NCBI GenBank assembly: GCA_002350615.1
Contig: DEFD01000027.1
Location: 26,400 to 90,399, forward strand
DNA length: 64,000 nt
Source: Bacteroidales bacterium UBA2861
GTDB lineage: Bacteria > Bacteroidota > Bacteroidia > Bacteroidales > UBA932
Direction of reading: 5' to 3'
The notes beneath the pieces were generated by a model, which saw only the letters and a program-made list of their open reading frames with translations, made no database searches and had not been told where the DNA came from. Within the stretch, counting starts at the first letter, position 1. Each line of letters begins with the position of its first letter. Positions 19,279 to 28,593 of this stretch are shown in pieces. The position numbers and the translations under genes are program-made.

Positions 19279-19734
19279 ATGTATTTCCGCTTTCTGACAT
19301 CCTTTATTGCCTGTCTCAGCTTGGCGACAGGCTGCTCCGGCTCATCTTCGGATCCATCTACGCCACCAGTTGACATGTCAAAGATAAGCATTTCCGCCGC
19401 CGGTAAATCCATAACGGCGACCCTTTCCCAGACTGACGCGGCCAAAGCTTTTGCCGAGAAGTTGAAGGATTCCCCTCTCACGATTGAACTGAAAGAATAC
19501 GGAGGCTTCGAGAAGGTGGGGCCGCTCGGATTTTCCCTTCCACCCAGCGACGAGTCCATCTCCGGCGTCCCCGGGGACATCTTCCTTTATGCCGAAAACC
19601 AGATTACCATCTTCTACGGCAACAGCAACTGGAGCTATACGCGTCTCGGAAAGGTCGATGGTATGACTCAGAGCGAGCTGAAAGCCTTCCTCGGAACCGG
19701 GGACATTACCGTAACAATCTCGATCGTACGGTAA
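19279..19734 (+). CDS. Cyclophilin-like fold lipoprotein
   Basis: Lipobox LATGC; YGGFEKVG.LGFSLP, PGDIFLY..NQITIFYG..NWSYTRLGK. Confidence 0.8.
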   Translation: MYFRFLTSFIACLSLATGCSGSSSDPSTPPVDMSKISISAAGKSITATLSQTDAAKAFAEKLKDSPLTIELKEYGGFEKVGPLGFSLPPSDESISGVPGDIFLYAENQITIFYGNSNWSYTRLGKVDGMTQSELKAFLGTGDITVTISIVR

Positions 19735-19759
19735 ATTTGTTTCAGGAGGGATAGCTTGG

Positions 19760-20953
19760 ATGCCCCGCATCATCTTCCATATAGATGTCAATTCCGCGTT
19801 CCTCAGTTGGAGCGCGGTAAAACTTGTCATAGAAGGCCAGCCCGATATCCGACTGGTGCCGTCGGTGGTTTCCGGAGATCCCAGTGACAGGCGGAGCATT
19901 ATCACAGCGGCGTCCATCCCTGCGAAGAAACTGGGAATCAAGACCGCCATGCCGGTCTCGATGGCCCTACGCACCTGCCCGGAGCTTGTCATAGTGGGCG
20001 GCGACTGGGAGTGGTACAGGCGCTGCTCCGACGGATTCATAGAAATCTGCCGCTCCTATTCCCCTGTCCTGCAGCAGTTCAGCATCGACGAGTGCTTCAT
20101 AGACATGAGCTTCCGCTGTACTCAGGAAAACGCAGTCGCCGTGGCCACGCAGCTTAAGGAGCAGATCAAGGAAACGCTGGGATTCACAGTCAATGTCGGC
20201 ATCGGGTCCAACAAACTTCTCGCGAAGATGGCGTCCGATTTCGAGAAGCCGGACAAGGTGCACACCCTCTGGGAGAACGAAGTACCTGAGAAGATGTGGC
20301 CGCTGGGAGTAAGGGACCTGCTTTGGGTAGGAAAGAAAACGGAAGAACGCCTCACCGCCTACGGGATCAACACTATCGGGCAACTTGCCGGGCTGGGCAT
20401 GGTGACGCTTGCCAATCTTGTCGGGAAGAAGTTTGCAGAGCAGCTCCACGAGAACGCCAACGGGCGCGACAATTCTCCAGTGGAGACGGAGCGGGGCGAA
20501 GCCAAGAGCGTAAGCGCCGAGAGGACCTTCTCCAAAGATCTCGTAAATCCGAAAGATATAGACCGGGCTCTCTTCAATGTCGCATGCATCGTTTCCCACC
20601 GCATCCGCAAACACGGTTTCCGGGCATCCACGGTGTCCGTATTCGTCAAGTACAAAGACTTTTCAGTGGTTCAGAAACAGTGCCGGACCGAGCGGCCGAC
20701 AGATGTCACGGCCGTTATCCTCAACGAGGCGAGGAAGCTCCTTGCCGAAGCCTGGGACGGTGTCACTCCCATACGGCAGATAGGCCTCGGGGTATGCAAA
20801 CTCACTCACGAAACCGCCGTCCAGATGTCCCTCTTCGAGGATCCCAAGCTGGACTACTACCGTGAGTGGGACCGCCACTACGACGATCAGAAATCTAAGA
20901 AGGAAGATGCCAGGATACTGGCGTACGAAAGCATCAAGGAAGCTGGCTCCTAG
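19760..20953 (+). CDS. dinB: DNA polymerase IV (Y family)
   Basis: FHIDVNSAFLS, AASIPAK, FSIDECFID, NKLLAKMASDFEKPD. Confidence 0.9.
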   Translation: MPRIIFHIDVNSAFLSWSAVKLVIEGQPDIRLVPSVVSGDPSDRRSIITAASIPAKKLGIKTAMPVSMALRTCPELVIVGGDWEWYRRCSDGFIEICRSYSPVLQQFSIDECFIDMSFRCTQENAVAVATQLKEQIKETLGFTVNVGIGSNKLLAKMASDFEKPDKVHTLWENEVPEKMWPLGVRDLLWVGKKTEERLTAYGINTIGQLAGLGMVTLANLVGKKFAEQLHENANGRDNSPVETERGEAKSVSAERTFSKDLVNPKDIDRALFNVACIVSHRIRKHGFRASTVSVFVKYKDFSVVQKQCRTERPTDVTAVILNEARKLLAEAWDGVTPIRQIGLGVCKLTHETAVQMSLFEDPKLDYYREWDRHYDDQKSKKEDARILAYESIKEAGS

Positions 20954-20978
20954 TATTATTCAGAGAATCTTCGATTTC

Positions 20979-21090
20979 GGGCGAGGTCCGATTATTAGTG
21001 CGACACCTCGCTCGGGCTAATTGCCCCAAGCCTCCTTCTGTGCCAGTTCCAGTGGGCGAGATCCCCACGCCAAAATCGGACCTCGCCCGG
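20979..21090. repeat. REP-like doublet, family B
   Basis: GGGCGAGGTCCGA..CGACACCTCGCTC and GGGCGAGATCC..GGACCTCGCCC hairpins directly after the dinB stop. Confidence 0.75.
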
Positions 21091-21187
21091 TTATGGCAAA
21101 TTACCACCGCTTATCTCCTGCTAAATATTAATCGTATTTCGCCAATTCTGGTCCCCAGCCATCTCTAATGCCTTTTTGAGCCACCAG

Positions 21188-22189
21188 TCACTCTATCAGT
21201 TTGATTGTATACCATTGTACCACCTGCGAATCATAATCATCTCCATCCGGCGCTTCCCAACTTTTATATTCATCTCTAAATAAATTATTAACCATGAATG
21301 TCAAATCGCTGTTAATAATCTCAATTAACTCATATTTTTTAAAAAAGTGTCCTGGTATAATATCATCGAAAAGGGAATTAACTCCATATTGTTCATAAAG
21401 AATATTTCTAAAAAATGCTGTAAATCCATGCCCATTAATCATTGGACAGCTGAAAAGAATCCCATTGTTCTTAATCTGAACAACTTTATATTTTAAATCG
21501 CCTGGTATTTCTCTCATAAAACTAATATCCGAGATTCTGGGTCCATTATTAACATAAGAAAGAAGACCATTGCCTGCCTGTGAATATAGTTCGGACAGCC
21601 CGTTGTTTGTTGGCGTAAAGAATCTAGAAGAAACTTCTTTGAAGACTGTTACAAAATTGTTTTTCTCAAATAAATCTTTACTCCACCTCATATCACTACC
21701 CTGGAACTTTGCCAGAATCCATTCTAACCCATCCTTGTGGTACTCAATAGTATAATCTAAAACACCAGCAAGTTTTTTACTATCATATACAGATAGTTCT
21801 TTCTCTAACCAATCAAAATTGATTGCGACAAATACACGGTCTTCTTCAAGGCTGTGCAATTTAAAACTCAAAATAATTCTATCCGTCTGATCATATTGCA
21901 TCAATTGGATAGTTTGATATCGTGTACTACTACAACTGCAGCGCTTAACAAGATACTTGTCCCTTAAGTTCACTATTTCATCTTCACAATAACCGCCACC
22001 TCTTCCCCATCGACTTTTAAGGTCTTCACTATCCATATACTCTTCCCAGTAATAAGTATCAATTCTGTAGGAAAGAGAATGAGAAGTGGGGGCACTTATA
22101 GATACATGTTTGTTAATACATCCGCCACAGAAGCAGCAAAATACAGAATCGTCAGGAATCATCCTACGACAATAATAACATTTCATCAT
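21188..22189 (-). CDS. Hypothetical protein with N-terminal zinc ribbon (AT-rich, accessory)
   Basis: MKCYYCRRMIPDDSVFCCFCG zinc-ribbon start; long open frame in AT-rich DNA. Confidence 0.7.
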   Translation of the reverse strand: MMKCYYCRRMIPDDSVFCCFCGGCINKHVSISAPTSHSLSYRIDTYYWEEYMDSEDLKSRWGRGGGYCEDEIVNLRDKYLVKRCSCSSTRYQTIQLMQYDQTDRIILSFKLHSLEEDRVFVAINFDWLEKELSVYDSKKLAGVLDYTIEYHKDGLEWILAKFQGSDMRWSKDLFEKNNFVTVFKEVSSRFFTPTNNGLSELYSQAGNGLLSYVNNGPRISDISFMREIPGDLKYKVVQIKNNGILFSCPMINGHGFTAFFRNILYEQYGVNSLFDDIIPGHFFKKYELIEIINSDLTFMVNNLFRDEYKSWEAPDGDDYDSQVVQWYTIKLIE

Positions 22190-22313
22190 GCAAAATAACT
22201 GCTGTCCTAAGGAATTATACCAAAAATAACGCAGAGTACCCAAATTCAAACGAGTCCAAGCTTCGCGCGGGGACCGGCAGGTCTTGGCTCAGAATGGAGC
22301 GTATCCATTTGCT

Positions 22314-22351
22314 CGGGCGAGGTGTCGGGACCGAAATCGTACCTCGCCCGG
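22314..22351. repeat. REP-like hairpin, family B
   Basis: CGGGCGAGGT-GTCGGGACCGAAATCGT-ACCTCGCCCG. Confidence 0.75.
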
Positions 22352-22364
22352 TTTTTCATATTTT

Positions 22365-22441
22365 AAGCGACATCCGCTATTAATCTATCTGTTGTCATAG
22401 CTCTAAAGTTTCGATGTTTAATTGCATAGAAATGATAATCA
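22365..22441. repeat. 77-bp dispersed module, copy 2
   Basis: 70/77 identity to 12644-12720. Confidence 0.85.
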
Positions 22442-22673
22442 CCGTTCTACCATTTTCCATTAACGAATCTCCTCTCAAGTATTACAATCATCTCCTGAGA
22501 GAACATATCACACGTAATTTGCAATTTCCCGCAGCCATTTCCCCTTTGAGCAAATCGGGGTATTCAATTATCATTTTCTTCAAGATGCGTTTGCGATTCT
22601 GAATCTTGCGAGAAATATCAGTATGTTCTGTAAAAGTTACCATAATCAAAGTCGAACTAGCTACAATAAGTGT

Positions 22674-25600
22674 TTATTCTGCAACAGGTCTGACAGATAT
22701 CCCCCAGAAACGTAAAGTATTTTGCATACGAAGAATCGTGGTATACGAATCTTGATAAAACTCGAGGCATATTCCATAACATGGCTTGTCCATATTAAGA
22801 GAAGAAGACCAGTAAAAACCATATTTACCATATTTTTGAACAGAGGATAAACTATGGTCGTCGCAGAAACCATTAGCTGGTAGGAAGATGCTGTTGCCGT
22901 TAGGAGCAGTAACTAGTCTTCCATTAACATTATTCCTCGAAGTATTGGTCCACCTACACTTTGTTAAGAGTTCTTTCCACTCTTCCTCGGTTGCCATACG
23001 CCAATTGCCTCCTAAAGTCACATGGGCTGCATCATCTTCAAGATCCAGTATTGTTTTGTTGTCAACAGTTCCATAAGAGCTATCCGTGTTGTACTTGGAA
23101 AAGGGGCCGGATAAGTCAGCACCGAATTTATAATAGTTCCAGCCAAAAGTTCCACCTCTTTTGGTCTCACCCCAGGCAAAATAGCCAGTAAGATTACTTG
23201 TGGCCCAGTACACACTAAGACCTAAATCCACTGCTCCTTCCGGGCAGGGATTCTTAATATTAACGGAACAAGAAGAAGAGACATTACTTCCATCATTAGC
23301 TTTAACATTGATCGTAGCAGAGCCTTTTGAAATGCCCATCACCTTACCATTGTTGTCAACAGAAGCTATCTCATCGTCGGTTGACGACCAAGTATACCTT
23401 TTCTCATATGCATTTTCCGGCAATACGGACACTACGGAGATCGTGGCATTCTCACCAACAACCAGAGACAACGATTTTGTATCAAGTTTGATGCTTGTCA
23501 CATACTGCCTCACCTCGACCTCGCAGGTCGTCTTTACGCCACTGCCATCTTGAGCTGCAGCCGTTATCGTCGTAGTCCCAGGGGTCTGTCCGGTTACGAC
23601 TCCTGACGAAGAAACAGAAGCGACTGACGTGTTGGAACTTGTCCACGTTATGTTTCTATTATTAGCATCGGATGGTGACACAGTTGCCACAACGGTTTCG
23701 ATTGCATCAGCTTCTCCTCTATAAAGGATAATGGATGTCTTATCCAGAGTAATTTCGGACACCAGTCTCTTGACTGTTACAGAACAACTCGCATACTTGC
23801 CGCTTCCATCATTTGCAGTTGATCTGACTGTTGCAGTACCTTTAGAGACAGCTGTCACTTTACCATTATCATCAACCGTAGCCACCGAGGTGTTGCTTGA
23901 TGTCCATGTCAAAGATTTGTCGGCTGCATTTGACGGAGATATTGTGGTAGTGAGATTCTGAGACACACCCTCATTCAAACACAACGCGCTCTTGTTAAAG
24001 CGAACGCTGGTGACCCTCTGGGCAACGGTGATTGTGCAAGCGGCTGTTATTTCCTGCCCATGTGTCTTGACCGTAATTGTAGCTGAGCCGTTTCCTTTGG
24101 CTGTCACGATACCGTTGCCATTAACAGTTGCAACCCCAGGATTATTCGAACACCACTCAAGAGTCTTGTCGGTAGCGTCGGCAGGCAGTACTGTAGCTTG
24201 AAGGGTCAGAGTGTCTCCAATGTTATGGAATGAATATTGAGTTTTGTCAAGCGATATGCTCACCACAGGGACGATTGCTGTTGTGAAGGTCTTAACTGTA
24301 CCGTAATAATACTTACTGTCCAGTTTCAGATATGCCCTGTACCAATACTGTGTCTTGTGTGACAAACCTGTCAGTATTGCGGAATAAGCGCTTTCTGAAT
24401 ACGTTCCACCTTTAATGTTATTGTTCAGATTACTTTCGGATGTTCCCCAGTAGAAACCATATGTAATACTGCTGGCATTTACATCGGTAAGGTCCAATTT
24501 AGCATTGAGTGTCGCCTGAGTAGCCTTTACCTCCGTTGCATCGAAAGTCTCGAGCATAGACTGGACTCCCGGAGTGATAAACTCCTTGATTTCACCATAT
24601 TTGTAACTGCTGGAGTAATAGATATAACTCCTGTAATAGTACTTCGTTCCAGGAATCAAGTTGTTAATGTCCACGCTGTAATGGTGTTCAGCATCTATCG
24701 CAGATGATGTTACCCTTGTCGGCGAAGAACAATCCGCATTTTTCGAGTACTCTATTCCGGCGGTAGCAGTGCTGTAATACAAGTCTTTTCTCGCCCTTGC
24801 ATGAAGAGTGGCACTGACCGGCGAGATATTATTAGCCTCCAATGTCTCTGAGAGATCAACTACATGCACCTCACACGCTGAAGACTTACCTCCGTCTTCC
24901 GTGGTGACCGTAACAATGGCTGTCCCGGCTTTTAGAGCAGTGAGGTACAGCGTGGTTGAACTTGGGCTTATCTTCAGGACTGTTTCATCTGAACTCTTCC
25001 AGGTCACCGCCTTGTTACTCGCTATTGAAGGCCACACCGTAGCCTGCAATCTGGCGGATGAAGATCCTGTTAAGATGGAGAGCTCATTTTTGTCAAGGCT
25101 TACGCTATCTACAGCCACCCTGCTTGTGTAGAAGGACTTAACCTCACCAAGGTATCTTATACTTCCGTTGGAGCTGAAGCGGACACAGGCGGCGAAGGAA
25201 TATTGTCTGCCGGAAAGCAGGTTGTTCAGTACAAGCGAATAATTGCCGTCTTTAAGATTATTACTTGATATGAAGGTCGATGGACTGCTGGTCGCTCCCT
25301 CGCTGTAGCAAAAGCCATAAGACATATAAGAGTATTTGCAATCCGTAAGGTCGAGGCTTCCGTTCAGGATTGCTCCTGTTGGGCTGACTTCCGTCGCCTC
25401 ATTCGTTGAAATTAGATCTGCTACGCTTTTAGTCGTAAAAGTGGTTGTGTCTCCTTGAAATAGCCGCCCATCTATAATTATATAGGGAGAGCACCAGTAT
25501 GTTGTACTCGGTGTTAGATTGATGATATCTGCGTAAAGATCGTATCTGTCATTAACTGGGTCTGTATCCATCAATCTTCCCGATATCTTGCCCGGCAAGA

Positions 25601-26405
25601 AATCAGGGTTTGAACCATACCTGAATCCGCAGCCTTCATCAATACCGTCGACGATTAATCCATCTTCACATACAACATCTGACAGATCGATCAGGGAATG
25701 CGGTCTTCCGCTAATCGGGGATATTATTTCAGAGTCAGAGCCTAAGAACATAGACATAACATCCTTCGTTGTGAATGACTTTGTATCGCCATAGGTATTC
25801 TGCCCGCCCTGATAGACATAACTCCTATAGTAGTAGGTAGTTTCGGGTTCAAGGTCGGTTAGTTGAATACTATAGTAGTACTCCGCCTCGATGTCGGTTG
25901 CCTCTATCATCGTGGATGTTGAAGGAAGTACACCGGAGGATTTAGAGTACATTATTCCCATTTTCAGGTCCGCTGCAGAGGTTTTTCCCAGGTTGGCCTT
26001 GCCGGAAAGAACAGCGCTTATACAAGATATGTGAGTGGCTCCGATTGTAACCGAAGGGTCCAGTTGGGCTTCTACTGTTACTGCACAGGAGGCTGTTTTC
26101 CCACCGTCGTGCGTTGTAACCGTGACCGTAGCTTTACCCTCTTTCTTCGCCAGAACAAGGCCTTCGTTACTCACGGAAGCAACTGCTTCGTCACTGCTGG
26201 ACCAGGACACCGCCTGATCGTCTGCATCTTCCGGAAGGATAGTGGCACTTAGGGCGAAGGAATCGCCCTCGGTAAGAGTAAGTGTACTCTTATTCAGGGT
26301 CACAAGTTTGACCTTGACTGAATTCTCTGTCTGTTTGTCTTCGGGTTTGGTGCAGGATGCAAGCAACGCAGCCGCAGCCAATGATACTAAGACTAATCTC
26401 CTCAT
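22674..26405 (-). CDS. Large surface lipoprotein with Big_2 Ig-like and FN3-like repeats and a C-terminal DUF1566/CLec-like domain
   Basis: Lipobox LLASC; repeated WSSSDEAVASV/WTSSNTSVATV Big_2 units; L.P.TTYYYRSY FN3-like units; AVDLGLSVYWA...WRMATEEEW...GFYWSSS...SVRPV tail. Alternative start at 26417. Confidence 0.85.
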   Translation of the reverse strand: MRRLVLVSLAAAALLASCTKPEDKQTENSVKVKLVTLNKSTLTLTEGDSFALSATILPEDADDQAVSWSSSDEAVASVSNEGLVLAKKEGKATVTVTTHDGGKTASCAVTVEAQLDPSVTIGATHISCISAVLSGKANLGKTSAADLKMGIMYSKSSGVLPSTSTMIEATDIEAEYYYSIQLTDLEPETTYYYRSYVYQGGQNTYGDTKSFTTKDVMSMFLGSDSEIISPISGRPHSLIDLSDVVCEDGLIVDGIDEGCGFRYGSNPDFLPGKISGRLMDTDPVNDRYDLYADIINLTPSTTYWCSPYIIIDGRLFQGDTTTFTTKSVADLISTNEATEVSPTGAILNGSLDLTDCKYSYMSYGFCYSEGATSSPSTFISSNNLKDGNYSLVLNNLLSGRQYSFAACVRFSSNGSIRYLGEVKSFYTSRVAVDSVSLDKNELSILTGSSSARLQATVWPSIASNKAVTWKSSDETVLKISPSSTTLYLTALKAGTAIVTVTTEDGGKSSACEVHVVDLSETLEANNISPVSATLHARARKDLYYSTATAGIEYSKNADCSSPTRVTSSAIDAEHHYSVDINNLIPGTKYYYRSYIYYSSSYKYGEIKEFITPGVQSMLETFDATEVKATQATLNAKLDLTDVNASSITYGFYWGTSESNLNNNIKGGTYSESAYSAILTGLSHKTQYWYRAYLKLDSKYYYGTVKTFTTAIVPVVSISLDKTQYSFHNIGDTLTLQATVLPADATDKTLEWCSNNPGVATVNGNGIVTAKGNGSATITVKTHGQEITAACTITVAQRVTSVRFNKSALCLNEGVSQNLTTTISPSNAADKSLTWTSSNTSVATVDDNGKVTAVSKGTATVRSTANDGSGKYASCSVTVKRLVSEITLDKTSIILYRGEADAIETVVATVSPSDANNRNITWTSSNTSVASVSSSGVVTGQTPGTTTITAAAQDGSGVKTTCEVEVRQYVTSIKLDTKSLSLVVGENATISVVSVLPENAYEKRYTWSSTDDEIASVDNNGKVMGISKGSATINVKANDGSNVSSSCSVNIKNPCPEGAVDLGLSVYWATSNLTGYFAWGETKRGGTFGWNYYKFGADLSGPFSKYNTDSSYGTVDNKTILDLEDDAAHVTLGGNWRMATEEEWKELLTKCRWTNTSRNNVNGRLVTAPNGNSIFLPANGFCDDHSLSSVQKYGKYGFYWSSSLNMDKPCYGICLEFYQDSYTTILRMQNTLRFWGISVRPVAE

Positions 26406-26413
26406 TATCAATA

Positions 26414-27667
26414 TCATTTTATGGCTTCTATTTGTTCGGCAAAGGTGTTCCATGCACCTTTGTATGCATCAAGTGCGGTTTCCGGAACAAGGATCCGGCA
26501 ATTGGCACTGACCTCGAAAAATGGTTTGGTTCCGATTGGCGTTTCTGACAAGAATGTCACTTCTGAAAGAGGGCAATTGGTAAACGGGCCGTAGCTAAGA
26601 GTATAAGTTCCCGACTGCCTTCCTCCAGCTCCAGGATCCGCCGCGGTAAAAGTCAGGGTTTTATTGCTTCCGACGGATGACAGACTGGCCGGGAAGGATA
26701 TTTTCCACAGATTGATGTCGAAGGAGAACTCTTCACTGCCTATCGACTCCAGAGAAGTAAAATACTTCAGTTCATCAAAGGAAAGAAGCGCCGGATTTCC
26801 CAATTGCAAGATGCCCGCATTCCAATAATCATTAGCATAGTGCATGTTGATCAAACTGATATTCGAAAATACCCCTCCAAGAGATCTGACTGCCGCGGCC
26901 TCCTCATACGACAATTCGCCATCATGGTCTGTATCAAAGTTCCTGATACATATGGCTTTGACATAAGGGTCGGCAAAACTGATATATTCTGCCGCCGAGG
27001 TACTTATCGGCAAACTTATAGTAGCGCCATCAGACAGTACGAAAACGACGGTTTCTCCTATTCTGCTCACATTGGTGAATACGCTGGAGAGTCCTTCGAC
27101 AGAGGATGTTTCCGCGCCACAAGAGCCAATAAGTTCCCATTGAGAATCGGAAGAATATCGAACATAAATGTTGCCGTTTTCGGAAAAGAATTCAGGAGTC
27201 AAGCCATCTATTCCCGCCGCTTTGACTCTTTTCCCATCTGCAAGCAGCCATTCACCATTAATTGTCCAGCACCATATTCCTGCCTCATCCTGCCTGACAC
27301 TTACAACCGGGGCAACAGCATCGACTCCATTACTGCCATCATTCCCATCTTTACCGTCCTTACCGTTTGCACCATCTTTGCCGTCTTCGCCATTGTAGAT
27401 GCAAATCTCTTTTCCTGAGACAAAAACAATCTTCCAGCCTTTGTTGTCCGGCATAGAATCAACAGAAGAGATTAAATCGCCTGATTGTTGTGCTTCTATG
27501 AGCCGGGATAACTGTTGAAGCGAGTTGTTGTAATCGTTGAGTTTTTGCTCCAAAGATTCGATTCTGCTTTCTACTGCATCCACTCGGCGGCGAAGTTCAG
27601 AATCGTTATATTTAGAGCAAGCCACTGATGCAAATAACAAGAATATGACGTGGAAGATTCTCATCAT
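26414..27667 (-). CDS. Lipoprotein with DUF4988 (PL29 N-terminal-like) domain, short collagen-like repeat and BspA-type LRR region
   Basis: Lipobox SVAC, YNDSELRRRV coiled coil, GEDGKDGANGKDG, WTINGEWL, FADPYVKAICIRNFDTDHDGELSYEEAAAV, SFDELKYFTSL. Confidence 0.75.
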   Translation of the reverse strand: MMRIFHVIFLLFASVACSKYNDSELRRRVDAVESRIESLEQKLNDYNNSLQQLSRLIEAQQSGDLISSVDSMPDNKGWKIVFVSGKEICIYNGEDGKDGANGKDGKDGNDGSNGVDAVAPVVSVRQDEAGIWCWTINGEWLLADGKRVKAAGIDGLTPEFFSENGNIYVRYSSDSQWELIGSCGAETSSVEGLSSVFTNVSRIGETVVFVLSDGATISLPISTSAAEYISFADPYVKAICIRNFDTDHDGELSYEEAAAVRSLGGVFSNISLINMHYANDYWNAGILQLGNPALLSFDELKYFTSLESIGSEEFSFDINLWKISFPASLSSVGSNKTLTFTAADPGAGGRQSGTYTLSYGPFTNCPLSEVTFLSETPIGTKPFFEVSANCRILVPETALDAYKGAWNTFAEQIEAIK

Positions 27668-28068
27668 TAAAGCTTTTTAACCGAATATGTAGGAAATCCT
27701 TCTTTTATTGTGAAAGTCAGTAAATACTTTTGGAAATAACTATCTCTTACTTTTAAAACGACTCTTTTCCCTCTTGAACTTTTTATAATATCATCCGGAC
27801 ATGCTACAGAAAAAACACCTCTACGCTCCAATATACACTTGCCTTTTCCTGCTGTTATCCCGATACCATCAGGATCTTCAATAGCTAAAAGCGTCACACG
27901 ATTTCCATTGTTTTGAAATGTGAGCTTGTTTGGGGCATTCGAATATCGGCGAATACTCCATGGAGAAGAAATCAACTCAATCCTTGGTTGGGGCTCGTCT
28001 CTCTTATTTCTGTACCATTCTTTAATACTAACAAGTATCTGGGTCACAGAACTCAATATGTCTAACAT
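27667..28068 (-). CDS. Hypothetical protein (AT-rich)
   Basis: 133-aa ORF whose stop overlaps the next start; first gene after the structured leader. Confidence 0.6.
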   Translation of the reverse strand: MLDILSSVTQILVSIKEWYRNKRDEPQPRIELISSPWSIRRYSNAPNKLTFQNNGNRVTLLAIEDPDGIGITAGKGKCILERRGVFSVACPDDIIKSSRGKRVVLKVRDSYFQKYLLTFTIKEGFPTYSVKKL

Positions 28069-28108
28069 ACAATCAACATTCCTCTAACTCCTTAGAGTTA
28101 AATACAGC

Positions 28109-28352
28109 AAAAAAGTGTGGAGTCGAAGCGTTTATCGTAATGGAGGCTCTGGAAGGCCTTAACACAAATAAACACAACTCCACACCCGTATTGATATTGG
28201 CGCAAGAGCGCGGAATACCAAAGGATGCGATGGAAGAATGCGTTTATCCCTGTGTTACAGAATTTTCCAGATTCCCATTACAGGATAAAAGCTTACACTT
28301 TCATCTTAATATGTCAGCCGCCGTTAACTGAGCCGGTGGCACTGCAAATATA
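28109..28352 (-). ncRNA. Putative structured leader/ncRNA, copy 2
   Basis: TATATTTG box (28345-28352, minus), inverted repeat 28127-28176/28239-28293, closing stem GTGTGGAGT/ACTCCACAC plus U-tract, upstream of the accessory lipoprotein operon. Confidence 0.6.
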
Positions 28353-28593
28353 GTGAAATAATGTTAGTTTCGCCATATAAGTATGGACTGCCAGTCTCCT
28401 CATACAGCAAATTCGGCAGGTTGTGGAGCGCCAGGCAGATATTATCCACATCGGACACTCCGCATCGGTTCCTCTTGATAGTAGTATTTCTGAGAATATA
28501 GTGGTGGTGAGGCGGTTTTGATTGTGGAGACCTGCTGCAGAATGGACCGTCTCCCCGAAAATCGGCAAAAAACTGGGGAGACTTGTCGAAGAA

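Noticed and set aside
22674-22900. Active DGR variable region
   Set aside because: No template repeat or reverse transcriptase seen in the window; kept only as a hypothesis.
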